Assembly (NCBI GenBank): GCA_026770705.1
Contig: JANJGN010000007.1
Span: forward strand, 109,616,001-109,680,000
Source: Isurus oxyrinchus
Taxonomy: Eukaryota
Direction: 5' to 3'
Length of the DNA stretch: 64,000 nucleotides
Shown here one piece after another: positions 34,380-47,000 of the stretch. The notes beneath the pieces are model-generated. The model worked only from the letters and a program-made list of their open reading frames with translations, did no database searches and was not told where the DNA came from. Position 1 is the stretch's first letter; each line of letters starts with the position of its first letter. The translations under genes and the position numbers were made by a program.

Positions 34380-37300
34380 TCTCCCTGAATGGTCTCTGTT
34401 GCACCTTTTTGCTACCGCAGATGGGAGTTGGGTTTGTTGCTCCTGCGGATCTGGCTGCAGTTTTGCTGCTGCTCTGGGATTTCCTTCTGGCTGTTCGTAC
34501 TACCATTTCTCTGTGGCTGTTTTTCTACTGTTGTTCCTGCAAGGGCTGAGGCCTGAAGAATTGGAGGAGAGAGAGAGAGAGAGAGGAGGTGCTGCAAGAC
34601 AGGGATGCTGGGAGGCAAGGACTTTTTCATTTGATCTGCAGTGGATGTCTGGACTTTTGTCTGGTGGGGACTGTGAAGATTGTGGTGTTCTGTAGAGGGA
34701 GGAAGAAGACTACTGAAGGGACTTAGGGAGAAGGGGTGCATGCGTGTGTCCATTTAAGATCTTCCAGCACTGCCTTCTCCCTGCTTCCACCCTTCTCACC
34801 CAGCCCTTGTCCAAGTCCAGGTAGTGGGTGCTGCCTGGTGAACATGGACGGACATTACTTCCGTGTGCCAGGCAATACCGGCCGCCTGGCGAAGACATCA
34901 CCCTCTTCTTACAGGAGGAACAGCTAAGCCTCCACCACCCCGCTCCACTCCACCCAGTGACACCCAACCACCCTGCACCCATTACCCCTTCCCCTTCTGT
35001 GCCTCTCTGTCCTTTTCCCCTCTCTCTCTCCCCTCCCCTTCTGTCTTTATACACCATCAGGAGGGAGAGGATAATCCTTATTTCCCCATCTTCCCCTTTA
35101 TAAACACTTTTGCTACCACCAACAGAGCTTGGGGTGGTTTTGGCTCATCCCCCTATGCCTGCCTCAAGGTCACTGGTGGCCAGGCCCTCCAGGGCAGCTG
35201 TGGAGGCAGTTCTATCACCAGTGGCAGGGCCCACCAAGAAGACCCATGTGGGATTGGCTGTTTCAGTGGCCTCCACTGCTCCCGCGGCCCTGTCACTGTT
35301 CCACCTCCTGACCAGGGCCATGGGGGTAAAGGGCTGCATTCACCCCAAGATGACTGTAGAAACATGTGTGAAGGCTTTGGCTGGGGTTGTCGGCCCCTCG
35401 GCCATTGTTGTACGCTCACATGTGTATGGGAAGGCAGTTTTCTTCCTGAGGCCTTAGCAGGCGATACACCTGGCCCTGACCAAGGGGCTCACCGTAGGCG
35501 GCACCTATCTGGTGGTGGATCCTCTTGAGGCTACCGCGGAGAGGCAGGTCTTATCCAATGTCCTGCCCTTCATTCCCAGTGTGCTCCTCCTCCCCCACCT
35601 TCACCAACTTGGGGAGGTTTCGTCCAGGGTGGTGCCGATGCTGCTCGGCCTCAGGGAGCACAGTCTCCACCATGTGTGCACCTTCTGGCACCAAGTCCTT
35701 TTTTGCCTGGCCCAGGACGAGTGCACAGAGGGGTGGTTTGATGCCAAATTTGAAGGGCTGCCTACTGCGTCTTCTGGTCGGCAGACAGTGTCATCCTGCA
35801 AGGAGGTGGGGCATATCCAAAAGAACTGCCCTGTCTCAAAGGCTGCCAGCACCACCCAGGCAGCTGCAGCTGGCACCGCCGCTCCTCCCCCGCCACCACT
35901 CCATCTTGCTACATGCAAGGGGAGGTGCCTCCGGTAGCCACTGCCATCTTGGCTGTCAGCGAGGCGGGGGAGAGCCTCGCGCCACAATAAGGTGCAGAGG
36001 AAAACCCGCCACCTGGGGGTGGCCCCTCTGACTCCCCAGACCCCTCAAAACCATCTGAACCAAACACCCTTGATGACACTGGCTCGGGGGGAAAGAAATC
36101 AGCCGGCCCGGCGAGGTTTCCACACATGCTCCCGGGCCAGTGAGCACCTCAGTGCCATGTGCTGGGTCTGGCGTTGTCCTGGCATGAGTTCCCAGGTCCC
36201 GCGGTGGTGGGGCACACGAAACAGAGCCGGTGGTCTTGTTTAAAAGGGTGGACTTTCCCAAACCCCAGAGGGCAGAGCATCCAGGAGGGCTGGATGAGGC
36301 GATGGAGGTCTCCCAAGCCCCCAGCCTACCCCTCAGAGAAGGAGAACATCCTGACAAGTGAGGCTGGATGTGTTCCCTCCCCCAGTGAAGAGGTCGTGGC
36401 ATCTTCATCTCAGAAGTCCTTGCTCTGTCCCCTGGGGGGAGTCTAAACCCCTGGCCCCTCGCTGTGGTCCCCTGAGCAGGGCCCCTTGGTGGTTGCTGAG
36501 GGTAGAACCCAAGCAGTGGTGCCCCACCCTGACCCACCTTGTACCCACGAGAAGCCATTTGGCTCACCAGGGGACTGCGGCAGCCCTTTCATGGCACCAA
36601 CACCTGGGCCATTGGGTGGAGGTGATGAGGAGGGCCTTCCCACTCCATCTCAGCCTCTGGCACTGGGTGCTACTGTTCTGGGCCTGGAACCCCTCTGGCC
36701 TTGATCCTGGGGGTGGGATTGAGGCAGGGATAGAACCAGCTGGCAGCTCTGAAACAGCCCTCGCATCCAATGCAGGGGAGGGCTCAGAAGACGGAGGCCA
36801 CGACCCAGAAGAGGATGAGAAGTCGCTAGCCAGCACCACTGATGACCCAGAGTCATTGGAGCCCGGTGAGGTGATGGGGGCTTTGGTTCCTATTGTTGAT
36901 TCACCCCTCATCCCCGTTGGGGAGCTCTGGGATTTTTTGGCGAGCAATCACAGTCACCGAGTTGGTCTTGGACTGGTGGCATTCGTATCCACTGGTGTTC
37001 TGGCCCACCCGCAAGGCATTAAAAGCCCCCAAGATGGACCAGAACACCCGGTGGAGGGTTGAGACATTTCTCGCTGGGTTTTTGAAGGAAAGAAAGACAT
37101 AAAAATGTCCTCTCCTTTTTGCACTTTTTCTGGGTGATGGCAGCACATACTTCTGACAACGAAGACTACCATAGCCAGCCTCAACACCAAAGGGAGCAGG
37201 GACACATAGCGCTTGAAGCAGAACCTCTCGGTCCTCAGCGACAGGAAGTATGTGTTGTGGTTCTTGCAGGAAACCCATACTGTTCCAGGAGACAAAGCTG

Positions 37301-40300
37301 CCTCACTCCTGGAATGGTGAGGGGGTGTCCCCATGAGTCACCCAGCCTCCAATTCTGGTGGGGTGGCTTCCTTGTTGGCCCCACACTTTCAGCCAGAGAT
37401 CTTGGGGGTCAAGGAGCCGGTGCCAGGCCAGTTGCTGCACCTTACTGTGCACCTCGGGGGTGCGGCGCTTCACTTTGTGAATGTATACACTCCCCTGGGC
37501 GTGCAGCAGCCAGTGAGCTTCATTGAGGAAGTGTCCACTCATCTGGGATCCATCAATGAGAGTCAGTGCATCGTCCTCGGGGGCGAGGGGGGGATTTCAA
37601 CTGTACCCCCAAGGCCCAGGACTATCACAGTGCCCAGCACTGCTCACTAGGTGTGAGTAAGTTGCAGGACCTGGTCGGGCCCATTGACTAGATGGACGTC
37701 TAGCGACATTTTCATCCTGACTCCAGCGTTTTTACTTTCCTGTCATCTGGAGTTGGAGCATCCAGACTCAACTGTCTTTGTGTTTCCCAAGCATTTGTGT
37801 CCTGCGTTCTGTCTGCTTCTGTGCAGCAAGTGCCACACACGGATCACCATCTGGCATGGGAGGAGCTCACTCCATTCTGCGCTCAGATAGGGTCTGCATA
37901 CTGGCACTTTAACAACCTGCTGCTGGAGCATGAGCTGTTCCTGGACTCATTTCATCGTTTCTGGGCTGGCTGGAGAAGGAAGCAGGGGGCTTCCCTTCCT
38001 AGAGGCTTTGGTGGATCATGGGCAAGGCCCACATCCACGTCTTCTGTCAGGAGTACGCGAGGAAGTCAACAAAGAGGCAGAAATCCAGTGTCAAGGAGTT
38101 GGAGAAGAAGATGCTCCACCTGGAGGCACAACTCCATCAGCCCCATGCGGACCTGGCCCTGCGGCTGGCATACAAAGAGAAGGATTGCACGCTGTGGGAC
38201 TTGCAACTCATTGGGTCTTGTGGCACATACATGAGGTCGCGGATCCAGTTCCTTCGGGGCCTGGACTGTGGCTCCCCCTTCTTCTACTTGCTGTAAAAAA
38301 GGCACGGGGTCTGTCAGCAGCTCCTTACACTGCTGGCCGACAGCGGATCCCTTCGATCCAGAGGTCATCAGGAATATCGCCTGAGACCTTTACACTGCCC
38401 TGTTCTTTCTGGATCCATCCAGCGAGGAAGCTTGCAGAGGTTTGTGGGAGCACCTGCCACAGGTTGGCCTGGAGCTTGACCCCCCTGTAAGTCTGGGGGA
38501 GCTGACCGGCACCCACGACCGTGTCTTCAAGGGGAAATCCCCGGGGTTGGACGGGTTGATCCTGGAGTTATTCACGGCGTTCTGAGGTGTCTTGGGCAGT
38601 GACTACGTGAGGGTCCAGAGGGAGAGTATCACAACTGGAGAGATGCCCCTCTCTTGGCGGAGAGCAGTTATTGCCCTGCTGCATAAGAAGGGGGGATCTC
38701 CGCCTACTTAAAAACTGGCACGAATCTCAGCACAAATTACAAGATCTTTGCCAGAGCAATGTCTTCCCGCCTTGGTGCTGTGCTGGACCTCATGATCCAC
38801 CCTGACCAGTCCTACATGGCCTGGGCTGTTCTATATTTGATAACATCCATCTGGTCTGGCACATCCTTCACTTTTCCCAGAGGACTAGTCTGTCGAGCGC
38901 CTTCCTGTTTCTTGACTAGGCGAAGCTGTTCAACAGGGTGGATCATGAATATTTATACGGCACTCTGGGAGCATTCGGGTTCGGGACACATTTTGTGCCC
39001 GGGTCTGAGTTCTGTTCACTGCCACAGAGTGACTAGTTAAGGTTAACAGCACCCCTTTGCTTTGGAGAAAGGGGTGCATTAGGGCTGCCCGCGCCTGGCC
39101 AATTGTATTCTATCTTGTGGATCCTTTCCTGCGCCTCTTGCAGAGGTGGTTGTCGGGATTGGTTTTGCACAGACCTGGCATCAGGGTGGTCCTCTCAGCT
39201 CACGTCGATAACATGCTCCTCATCTTCACTGACCAGGCTGACCTGCAGAGGATGTGCGAGTGCCAGGAGGTCTAATCTGCTGCGTTGTCTGCCAGGATCA
39301 ACTGCGGCAAATGTGCAGGCCTCCTGGTCAGTCATTAGCAGATGGAACCCCTATCTGAGGTGCACAGACCTTTCACCTGGAGAAGGACCAGCCTCCTGTA
39401 CCTGTGGCTCCACCTTTGCCCTGCTGAGGAATCCTGGCCGGCGAATTGGCGGGAGCTGGAAGCCACCTCTTGCCTGTGGTGCTGGACAGGACTGCTCCGA
39501 ATGCTGTCTTACTGGGGTCGAGTTCTGGTCATAAACCAGCTGATTGCCACCATGTTGTGGGACTGGCTGGTCACTTTAACCCCTCCTCCGGACTTTGTCA
39601 CAAAAATCCAGAAAATGCTCATTGACTTCTTCTTCTGGGACAAAAGGCTGCACTTTATCACTGCTGAGGTTCTGAGTCTCCTGCTTAGGGAGGGTGGTCA
39701 GGCATTGGTGTGCCTATGGACCCAGGTGGCGACTTTCCACTTTCAGGCCCTGCAGTGATGTCTTTATGTCAAGCCCCCTCTGAGTTGGTGTGCCCTGGTG
39801 ATGTAATTTTTCTGCCAGGTGCATGGCCTGATTCATGACGTGCAGCTCCTGTTTGTAGACCAGAGGGGCCTTCGTGACTCCTTGCAGGTGTTGCTCGTCT
39901 TTTACTAGGACCTGATCAAAGTCTGGAACATGGCTGCCTCGTGACGCAGTTCTCCATCAAAGGGAGTAGCGGCTATCATCAGAGAGCCGCTGCTCAGGAA
40001 TCTGCCCTTCCACTCTTTTCAGCCGCTGGTGGAGAAGAGGGCTGTGGCTGCCAGGGTGACCAGAATCGGGGACATGCTGGGTAGCCAACTGCCACAGCAG
40101 TTGGTGCATCACATGCCTATGGACATCCGACTCGCAGCCAATGCCAGTCATGACTTTTGGATGGTTGTGCTCATCCCTAATCTCATCCTGGGTCTCGAGG
40201 TGGCACAAATGCGCAGTGGCCTTCCATCTGAGCATAGCACTATTTGGACAGAATTCGACATTGACCTGGAGCCCCTAACTCTCCCTTGGAATCCGGTGTT

Positions 40301-40465
40301 GCAACCTGAGCTACCTCGCAGAATTGCCCTCGGTGTCCTTTAGCACAGCACGGAGGGGTTTCCTGTATGGGCTGCTGCTGCACACCTTTCACTTCCTTGC
40401 CCTCACCCACCACCTGGACATGCGCTGGTGTGCCTTGTTGCTATCCATCGGCAGAGGCCCCCAGT
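34380..40465 (+). mobile_element. Near full-length, decayed Tx1-type LINE (ORF1 ~35320-37102; ORF2 from ~37159: APE endonuclease and RT); 3' end cut by a Harbinger remnant
   Basis: ORF1: TVETCVKALAGVVGPSAIV...GKAVFFL, LSNVLPFIP and zinc knuckle CKEVGHIQKNC. ORF2: IASLNTKG, FLQETH, GGVASL, VNVYTP, TDHH, YWHFNNLLL, KSPGLDGL, HPDQSY, SAHVDN. Many stops and frameshifts; the 5' boundary is uncertain. Confidence 0.88.
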
Positions 40466-41865
40466 GGGAGTGATTTCCTGATCCAAGGTCTCCATAGCGG
40501 CCGCCATCCTGCTAGTGTTGACATTCGTGCATTGCAATGCCGGTGCTATCACCTCAGCCTGAAAACAGATGGACTCCTCTATCCTGCTTTGCAATTCGAG
40601 GAGGGCAGTGGACATCCCTTCCTGTTGTTCCCCAGCTTGTCTTTGCAGCCCCAGTATCTGTGACATGACCAAGTCCAGAGGCTCATCATCTGACCCAGAC
40701 CCAGCAACGTTCTGGCCTCCAGCAATCCCTCAAGTGCCAGGGACCTGGGAAGTCCCTGCCTCTGCCTGCAGTGGATCAGAAAAATGATGTGCTCACCAGA
40801 TTGTGATTGTGAGTGTGAGGCTACTCAAATGCTAGGTCCCACCGAGATTTCTCTCTCTGCACAGTTGGACAATGTGGGTGAGTGCTGTGACGGGACTTCA
40901 GGGAGGGTGCCTTCAGATTCCTTGTCAGAGGTTTCTTTGGAGCTTGCTTCTAGGCTCTGGGCCCATGGACTCCATCAGCTGCTTCCTAGATGTGCCTGCA
41001 AAAGCAAGGGGAGATAATTAATGTATGGCAGTGACCTGTGAACGAGGTACGGTTGTCTGATGGATATTGCACTGCTGGATCCTCACTTGGTAGAGCAGTG
41101 CCAACCTGACTGTCTGCACAGGACCAGTCCCGGTCATCGCTGGCCAGCTGGATGGCTCTGTTTTCAAATTCTGAGAGAACTTTGAATTCCAGCTTTCCTC
41201 CACCTGTCTGCAACCTTTCCCTCCTGTTGTGAATCAGTTTGTCCTGCATAGATACAGATGAGGAGAGTGGATCAGGACGTCTGCCAGGCTAGATGATAAG
41301 TATGCCTGGAATGTGTGGATGATGAGTGGTCCCCTGGATAGGAGGACGACAATGACGATGATTGTGAGAGAGTGAAAGGTGATGTCCCTTGCATTGCTAG
41401 TGAGTGAAGGCCCTGTGTGTGTGTGATTGCTTTGCAAATATGAGTTGGGAGTGATGAAAACAGTGACTTACCCTGGCGGAATGGAGATCATTCATCCTTT
41501 TGCAGCACTGGGTGGCTGCCCTCCTCTGTAGGGCAGTTGCACTGACCACCGCTGCCACCACCTCCCAAGCTGGGTTGGTGACATTGCTACCCATCCTGCA
41601 GCCAGAACGGGGGTAGAGCACATCCTGGGGAGCCTCCACGGCATCATGCACTTGCTCGAGGGACCCGTCGTCAAAGTTGGAGGGCTGCAGCCTTTTTTCC
41701 TTTGCTGGCCGTGTCTGCCAAGCAGTGGTAGTGAGCTGGTGGTGATGAGCACTTTGCTGGCGGCTGCCTTCTAAAGATAACAGCCAGGATGATGGCGAGC
41801 CGGGCAAATGAGAGCCCGCCCACCATGGAAACAGCCTGTCTCATGGGAGTGAATATGTATTTAGG
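40465..41865 (-). mobile_element. Harbinger-like Myb/SANT ORF remnant (paralog of 3425-4945)
   Basis: SLEQVHDAVEAPQDVLYP...AWEVVAAVVSATALQRRAATQCCKRMNDLHSAR|GTAAGT...TATGCAG|DKLIHNRRERLQTGGG. Confidence 0.75.
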
Positions 41866-43851
41866 TGGTCATGCTTTATTAGTTTTCAGCAACCACAACT
41901 TATCTCAGCATTTCCAGGCTCCAGCCTGGTTACAAAAACAGCTCGGGTTCATCTGTCAATTTCTATAGACTGACACCATTTTAAAAAGTGCATGGCTATA
42001 CACATCAGCTGTGATGAGACTCAAGGAGCAATAGGCTTAGTGAAAAAAATTCCACCACTAGGATGAGGTAACAGAGATGCTGTGGCATGAGATAGAATGG
42101 AAAATTGTGCTTAAAAAAATAGAGTTTAAAGTAGGTTTTCATCAAGTATGTTTCAGAATTGAGAGCAGCTTTTCTTTTTTGCATAAATTATAGGTTCATT
42201 GACTTTTAGTATCAGATCAATATCCCAAAATAAAAAGTAGCAAAAGCCTCTGATGAGGGACTATTTAATGCAACCAATAAACTGGTGTGACTTCTTGTGC
42301 TGTACTTCATCATTTATACATTTTTAAAACAAAGCAGTTAGTTATACTTTTATTATTTTAGCTCAATTACCATTACAGTTCAGAAGTACATATTTAGAAC
42401 ATACTCGTTTAATAACAAATCATATTTGGTGCAGGATGACAGTACAAATAACTTACTACTGACAGTCACTGGAATATGAAATTAATCAAACAGAATCATT
42501 GAAAATTTACAACACTGAAGGAGGGCACTTGGCCCATTTTCTCCATGTCAGTTGATGAAGAGCTACCCTACCTTCCTGCGCTTGTTCTATAGCCCTGCAG
42601 GTCATGGCTCTTCAAGTAGACACACAAATACTTTTTAAACATAATGACGGTTTCTGCCTCTACCACTCTATCAGGCAGAGTGTTCCAGGTACCTACCAAC
42701 CCCTAGGCGAAAAAATGTTTGCTCATCTCCCTCCTAATCCTTCCACCAATTACTTATACATTCATGCTCCCTAGTTTTTGATCCCTATGCTAAGGTGAAT
42801 AGGTTGTCATTATTTACGCCTAGGCCTCCTTTGATTTTAACTATTACTTAGTTATCCCTCCACTGCTACCACTTTTAGGTTATGGTTTTATAGCTTGATT
42901 TCCATAACAATATAAGCATTTGCATAATGTAAATTTAGAACATGATCAAACGTGCAATTTGGTGAAGTATTGACAGAAATTGATAACTGAAATTGGATAT
43001 AAAGTGGAGTCTTGCAAACTAGAAATAAATGATACAGAATTCTAGACAACAGATTTAAATGAGTACTAGAATACTGTGCACATGGTGTGAATGGGAATTG
43101 GAATTCAATCCACTGACTGTAAAAGGAAATTAAAATTCTACATTGTGTATATGACTAGAGCACTGAAATATTATGAGATGTACAGTACCTGAAACAGCAG
43201 TTAAATAAGGAGCCAATAAAATGTAATATATTGGATGGAAATGAACACTAAAATTCTGAAGTGGTGGTAAAAATTGGAGGCATTGTAAGGTGAGGTGTTG
43301 ATTCCTTATCACCTATTTTATACTAATGCACAAATTCCAAATTACCCAAATCAGGCGCACATATGGCCCTGAATTCCATAGAAAGAGTATGAATGGCTGT
43401 CAGTGGCAGACTCAAATTCTGTGTGCTGGATATGAATAAGGCAATTTATTCTATGAACTAAGTGAATAGACACAATTTCCAGAGTGTGTGTGGCTGGAGC
43501 AATGGAATGGAGTTAAATTTATGTTCATTAGATTTTTCAACATGTGGGACTCCTTCAGAAATTAATTCGCTCACAATGATTCTCAGCGAAATATGAACAT
43601 CCTTCTGAAGACCCTGTCATAACAACCAAAAGTAATCAGAGATTTAAAAAAATTATCAAGTGAAATATTAATTCACAGGACAGAAATAATATTTTAGTGA
43701 GTTAACTTGTACAGATAAATGCAGTAATTTTATGACCTTGAGTCTTGCTGGAATCCTCTTGTTGAATCACATATGAAGAATACAATGGAGGTGTTATTTA
43801 AAGGGAAGCTATGATTCTTATAAAATACTTCTCAGATTTGTTTCCCCACTA

Positions 43852-44057
43852 TCAGGCACACGTGGGGTCATTGTCTCTTTTATAGTGTTTCTTGCACTTT
43901 GATGCAGTTTAGTTAACTTTTTCTACTCTGCTTGGATTCCTCTGAGATGGTGTCTGAGTGATGTGGTCTCTTACTCCTTGTCTTTTGCATTTGAGATTTT
44001 GTGTTCTTGGCTCAGAGCAGCGAACACATTGCCTCATTCAAATGATGTTTTCATGGC
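43852..44057 (-). pseudogene. Gene B cytoplasmic-tail exon with premature stops (would encode only GHENII*)
   Basis: Collinear 206-nt homologue of 7046-7251 with the acceptor retained. CGA>TGA at 44040-44038 and GAA>TAA at 43911-43909. Confidence 0.8.
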
Positions 44058-47000
44058 CTGCAAGAGAAACAGCAAGAAATATCAGGGATAGAAGTTGGCG
44101 GAACACTTCAGATATGTAAGCAACTTTATTGCCTGGATTGGTATTTTGAACCATGTTGATCAGGGAGTTTTGTGTTTGTCAAATTATTGAATGCATCCAT
44201 TTTCTAAGAAGGTACGCATTTATGTAGTACTTTTCATAACATCCCAAAGCACTCCACAAGTATATTTTGCAATATAGTCACCACTGTATCATAAGAAACA
44301 ATCAATTTTCAAACACCATTGCCCATGGACAGCAATGAGATAGTCTCCAGTTTATCTGTTTTAGTGATGTTGGCTGATTCTCAAGTCTCTTTCTAGTTAA
44401 CTGTGGTGCAACATGTGATAACCAATTTGTCATAAAGCCCTAAACAAGTGAATCAATCCTTCTAAGGCAGGATAATGGACACAGAATATGAAGCTGAAAT
44501 AGTGTTGCGGGAGAGTTGCTGTAAAACCACAATAGTCTGAAAGCATATTGTGGACCAGAAAATCTTGCCAATGTGCACCTTAAGCTACAAACCAGATATC
44601 AACACTTTAGGCTCTAAAAAGGAGAAACATTTTTATTTTACATTCAGATGTAGACTGATAAGTGGCAAGTAACATTGATGCCACACAAATGCCAGGCAAT
44701 GACCATCTCCAATAAGAGAAAATATAACCAAATCCTTTTGACATTCAACAGCATTAGCAGTGCTGAATGCCCTCCCATCAACATCCTGGAGGTTACCATT
44801 GACCAGAAATTGAACTGGACCTGCCCTATAAATACTATGGCTATAAGAACAGGTCAGAAACTGGGAAGTCTGTGGAAAGTAACTCACCTCCTGAATCCCC
44901 TAGGGCTGTTCACCATTTACAAGGCACAAATCATAAGTAAGGTGGAATACTCTTCACTTGCCTGGATGACTGCAGCTCCATCTTTGATCAGGAACTCAAC
45001 ACCATGCAAGAAAAAGCAGCCCACTTGATTGGTTCCCATCCACTGCCTTAACCATTCACTCCCTCCAGCATGAACACACACTGGCAGCAGTGTGTACCAT
45101 TTACAAGATGCACTGCAGAAACTCGACAACACCTTCCAAACTCACAACTTCTATAATCTATAAGGACAAGGGCAGCAGAGGCATGAGAACACCGCCACCT
45201 GGAAGTTTCCCTCCAAGCTGCACACCATCCTGAACTAAATTGCTGTTGCTTCATTGTCATTGGGTCAAGATCCTGGAACTCTTTTCCTATCAGTGCATGT
45301 ACCTACATCAGATAGGCTGCAGTGGTTCAAGAAGGCAGCTCACCACCATCTCTCAGACAGGAAACAAATGCTGGCCTTGCCAATGGTGCTCATATCCCAT
45401 AAAAGGATAAAAAAGTAACATTATGTATATTTAAAATAACCTATCATTTAAAAGTTTGTACAATTTGTTTCTAATGTATTTTAAATCATTAAGGTTTCTA
45501 TAAGTGTGAGTGAAAACAAATGGGGTTACTTTCCCTCAGGTTCTCCACTACCACAACTACTTTTGTTTGATGGGAAAAGTTTGTCATGTGATGGCTAGCT
45601 TGGTTATCCATTCAATAGCCTCCTGAAATGCAAGATGGTGAACAGGCCTCAGTGAGCAGGTTGATGTGATGTGTTCCATGCTCTGCGATGAACAGCCACA
45701 ATTGCACTTTGGGTCACCCCTTCTAGTCCACTTTCAGAGCAGGTAACTGCATCATCCATGCCCAGTCCGGATTCACTTGAGCCCTGAGGGACATCAATAC
45801 CAGGGGCATCTTGATGACAATCGAAATGTGGTCTCCCTGTGTGGGCTAGTTCATTGAGAACTTGCCAGCTAATGTCATCAAAACAACAAATGAGAGTGGC
45901 CTCCCAGTTTGTAAAGCATCAAATATGTTCTCTTACTCATCCACTGTAACTTCAGCAGAAGAGCAACGGGAACCCTGGAACAACTTTGTAAATGCCTTCT
46001 TACTAGCTTTTCCGTGGTATTGCAGTGGAAGCTTCAGCTACACGTGGGAGAAAATATGTAGAAATTCACCCCACCCGAAACTTATTATGGCAGTGCCTAG
46101 TTTAAGGCTTCAACAGCGTACTGCTGAAATACAATAGAATATTAATCCTTCTGAGTGAGAAATACAGGTAATAACATACCATACTTGCTTCATCCAGCAA
46201 CCTTCATAACACTAAAAAGAAATCTTGGAAGTTGCAATAGAGTCAGAAGAAAAATTAAATGTAAAAAGAGCTCTCGAATACTGTATCAGCACTTCCTAAT
46301 TAAATTGAGACTTTTGAGCTAAGGGCCAAAGGCCCATGGAGCATCTATTGTTTGTGAGTTGTACAGATGTTGGCTGAAAATTAATTTATAGCTGCAATGA
46401 CTGACAAACTTGGGATTTGGTTTCTGTTTTTGCTCTCTTCAGAGAAATTCTCACATAAAGTGATTCTTCTTTCATAATTTGAATGAATGTAGATAATAAT
46501 TTATCACTATATTCAGAGTAGACAGATTTCATTACAAATTGGGGAAACTAAGTTACAGACCAACTAAGGCTGAAGAAAGTAAAATGGAAAAAATCTGATT
46601 CAGGAAGTCGTAATTCAGGCTTTCAAATCCCTGTAGATTTTTAGAGGAAGTGAAAACTGCCAGGGGTAGGGCGTTTCACAATTAGAGGCTGAGACAGTCC
46701 CATGTATTTTCATTTCAGCAAAGTGAGGTTACAGGGAGGAAGTACATTGTTATGATGACTTATTTTGAACTTGGACAAAACAAGAGAGGAAATTCAATGG
46801 ATAAATGACCATTGTGCTATCTTCAAAATAAAGATAGACAAGAAAAGGTAAAAAGAATTTGGAGACAAGAAGGGAGCGAAGGATGAACTAAGAGATAAGA
46901 ATGGTCACAAGAAAGCCTCTTTTGATATAGCAGGATTTAAACTTTGAAAATAATTGAAAACGTGTTGTTTTAAAGTGGATATTAATCTTTTTGAAGGCAA

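Noticed and set aside
34700-37100. Many overlapping long GC-rich ORFs suggesting a host gene
   Set aside because: They are frameshifted pieces and alternative frames of Tx1 ORF1 and its 5' region.
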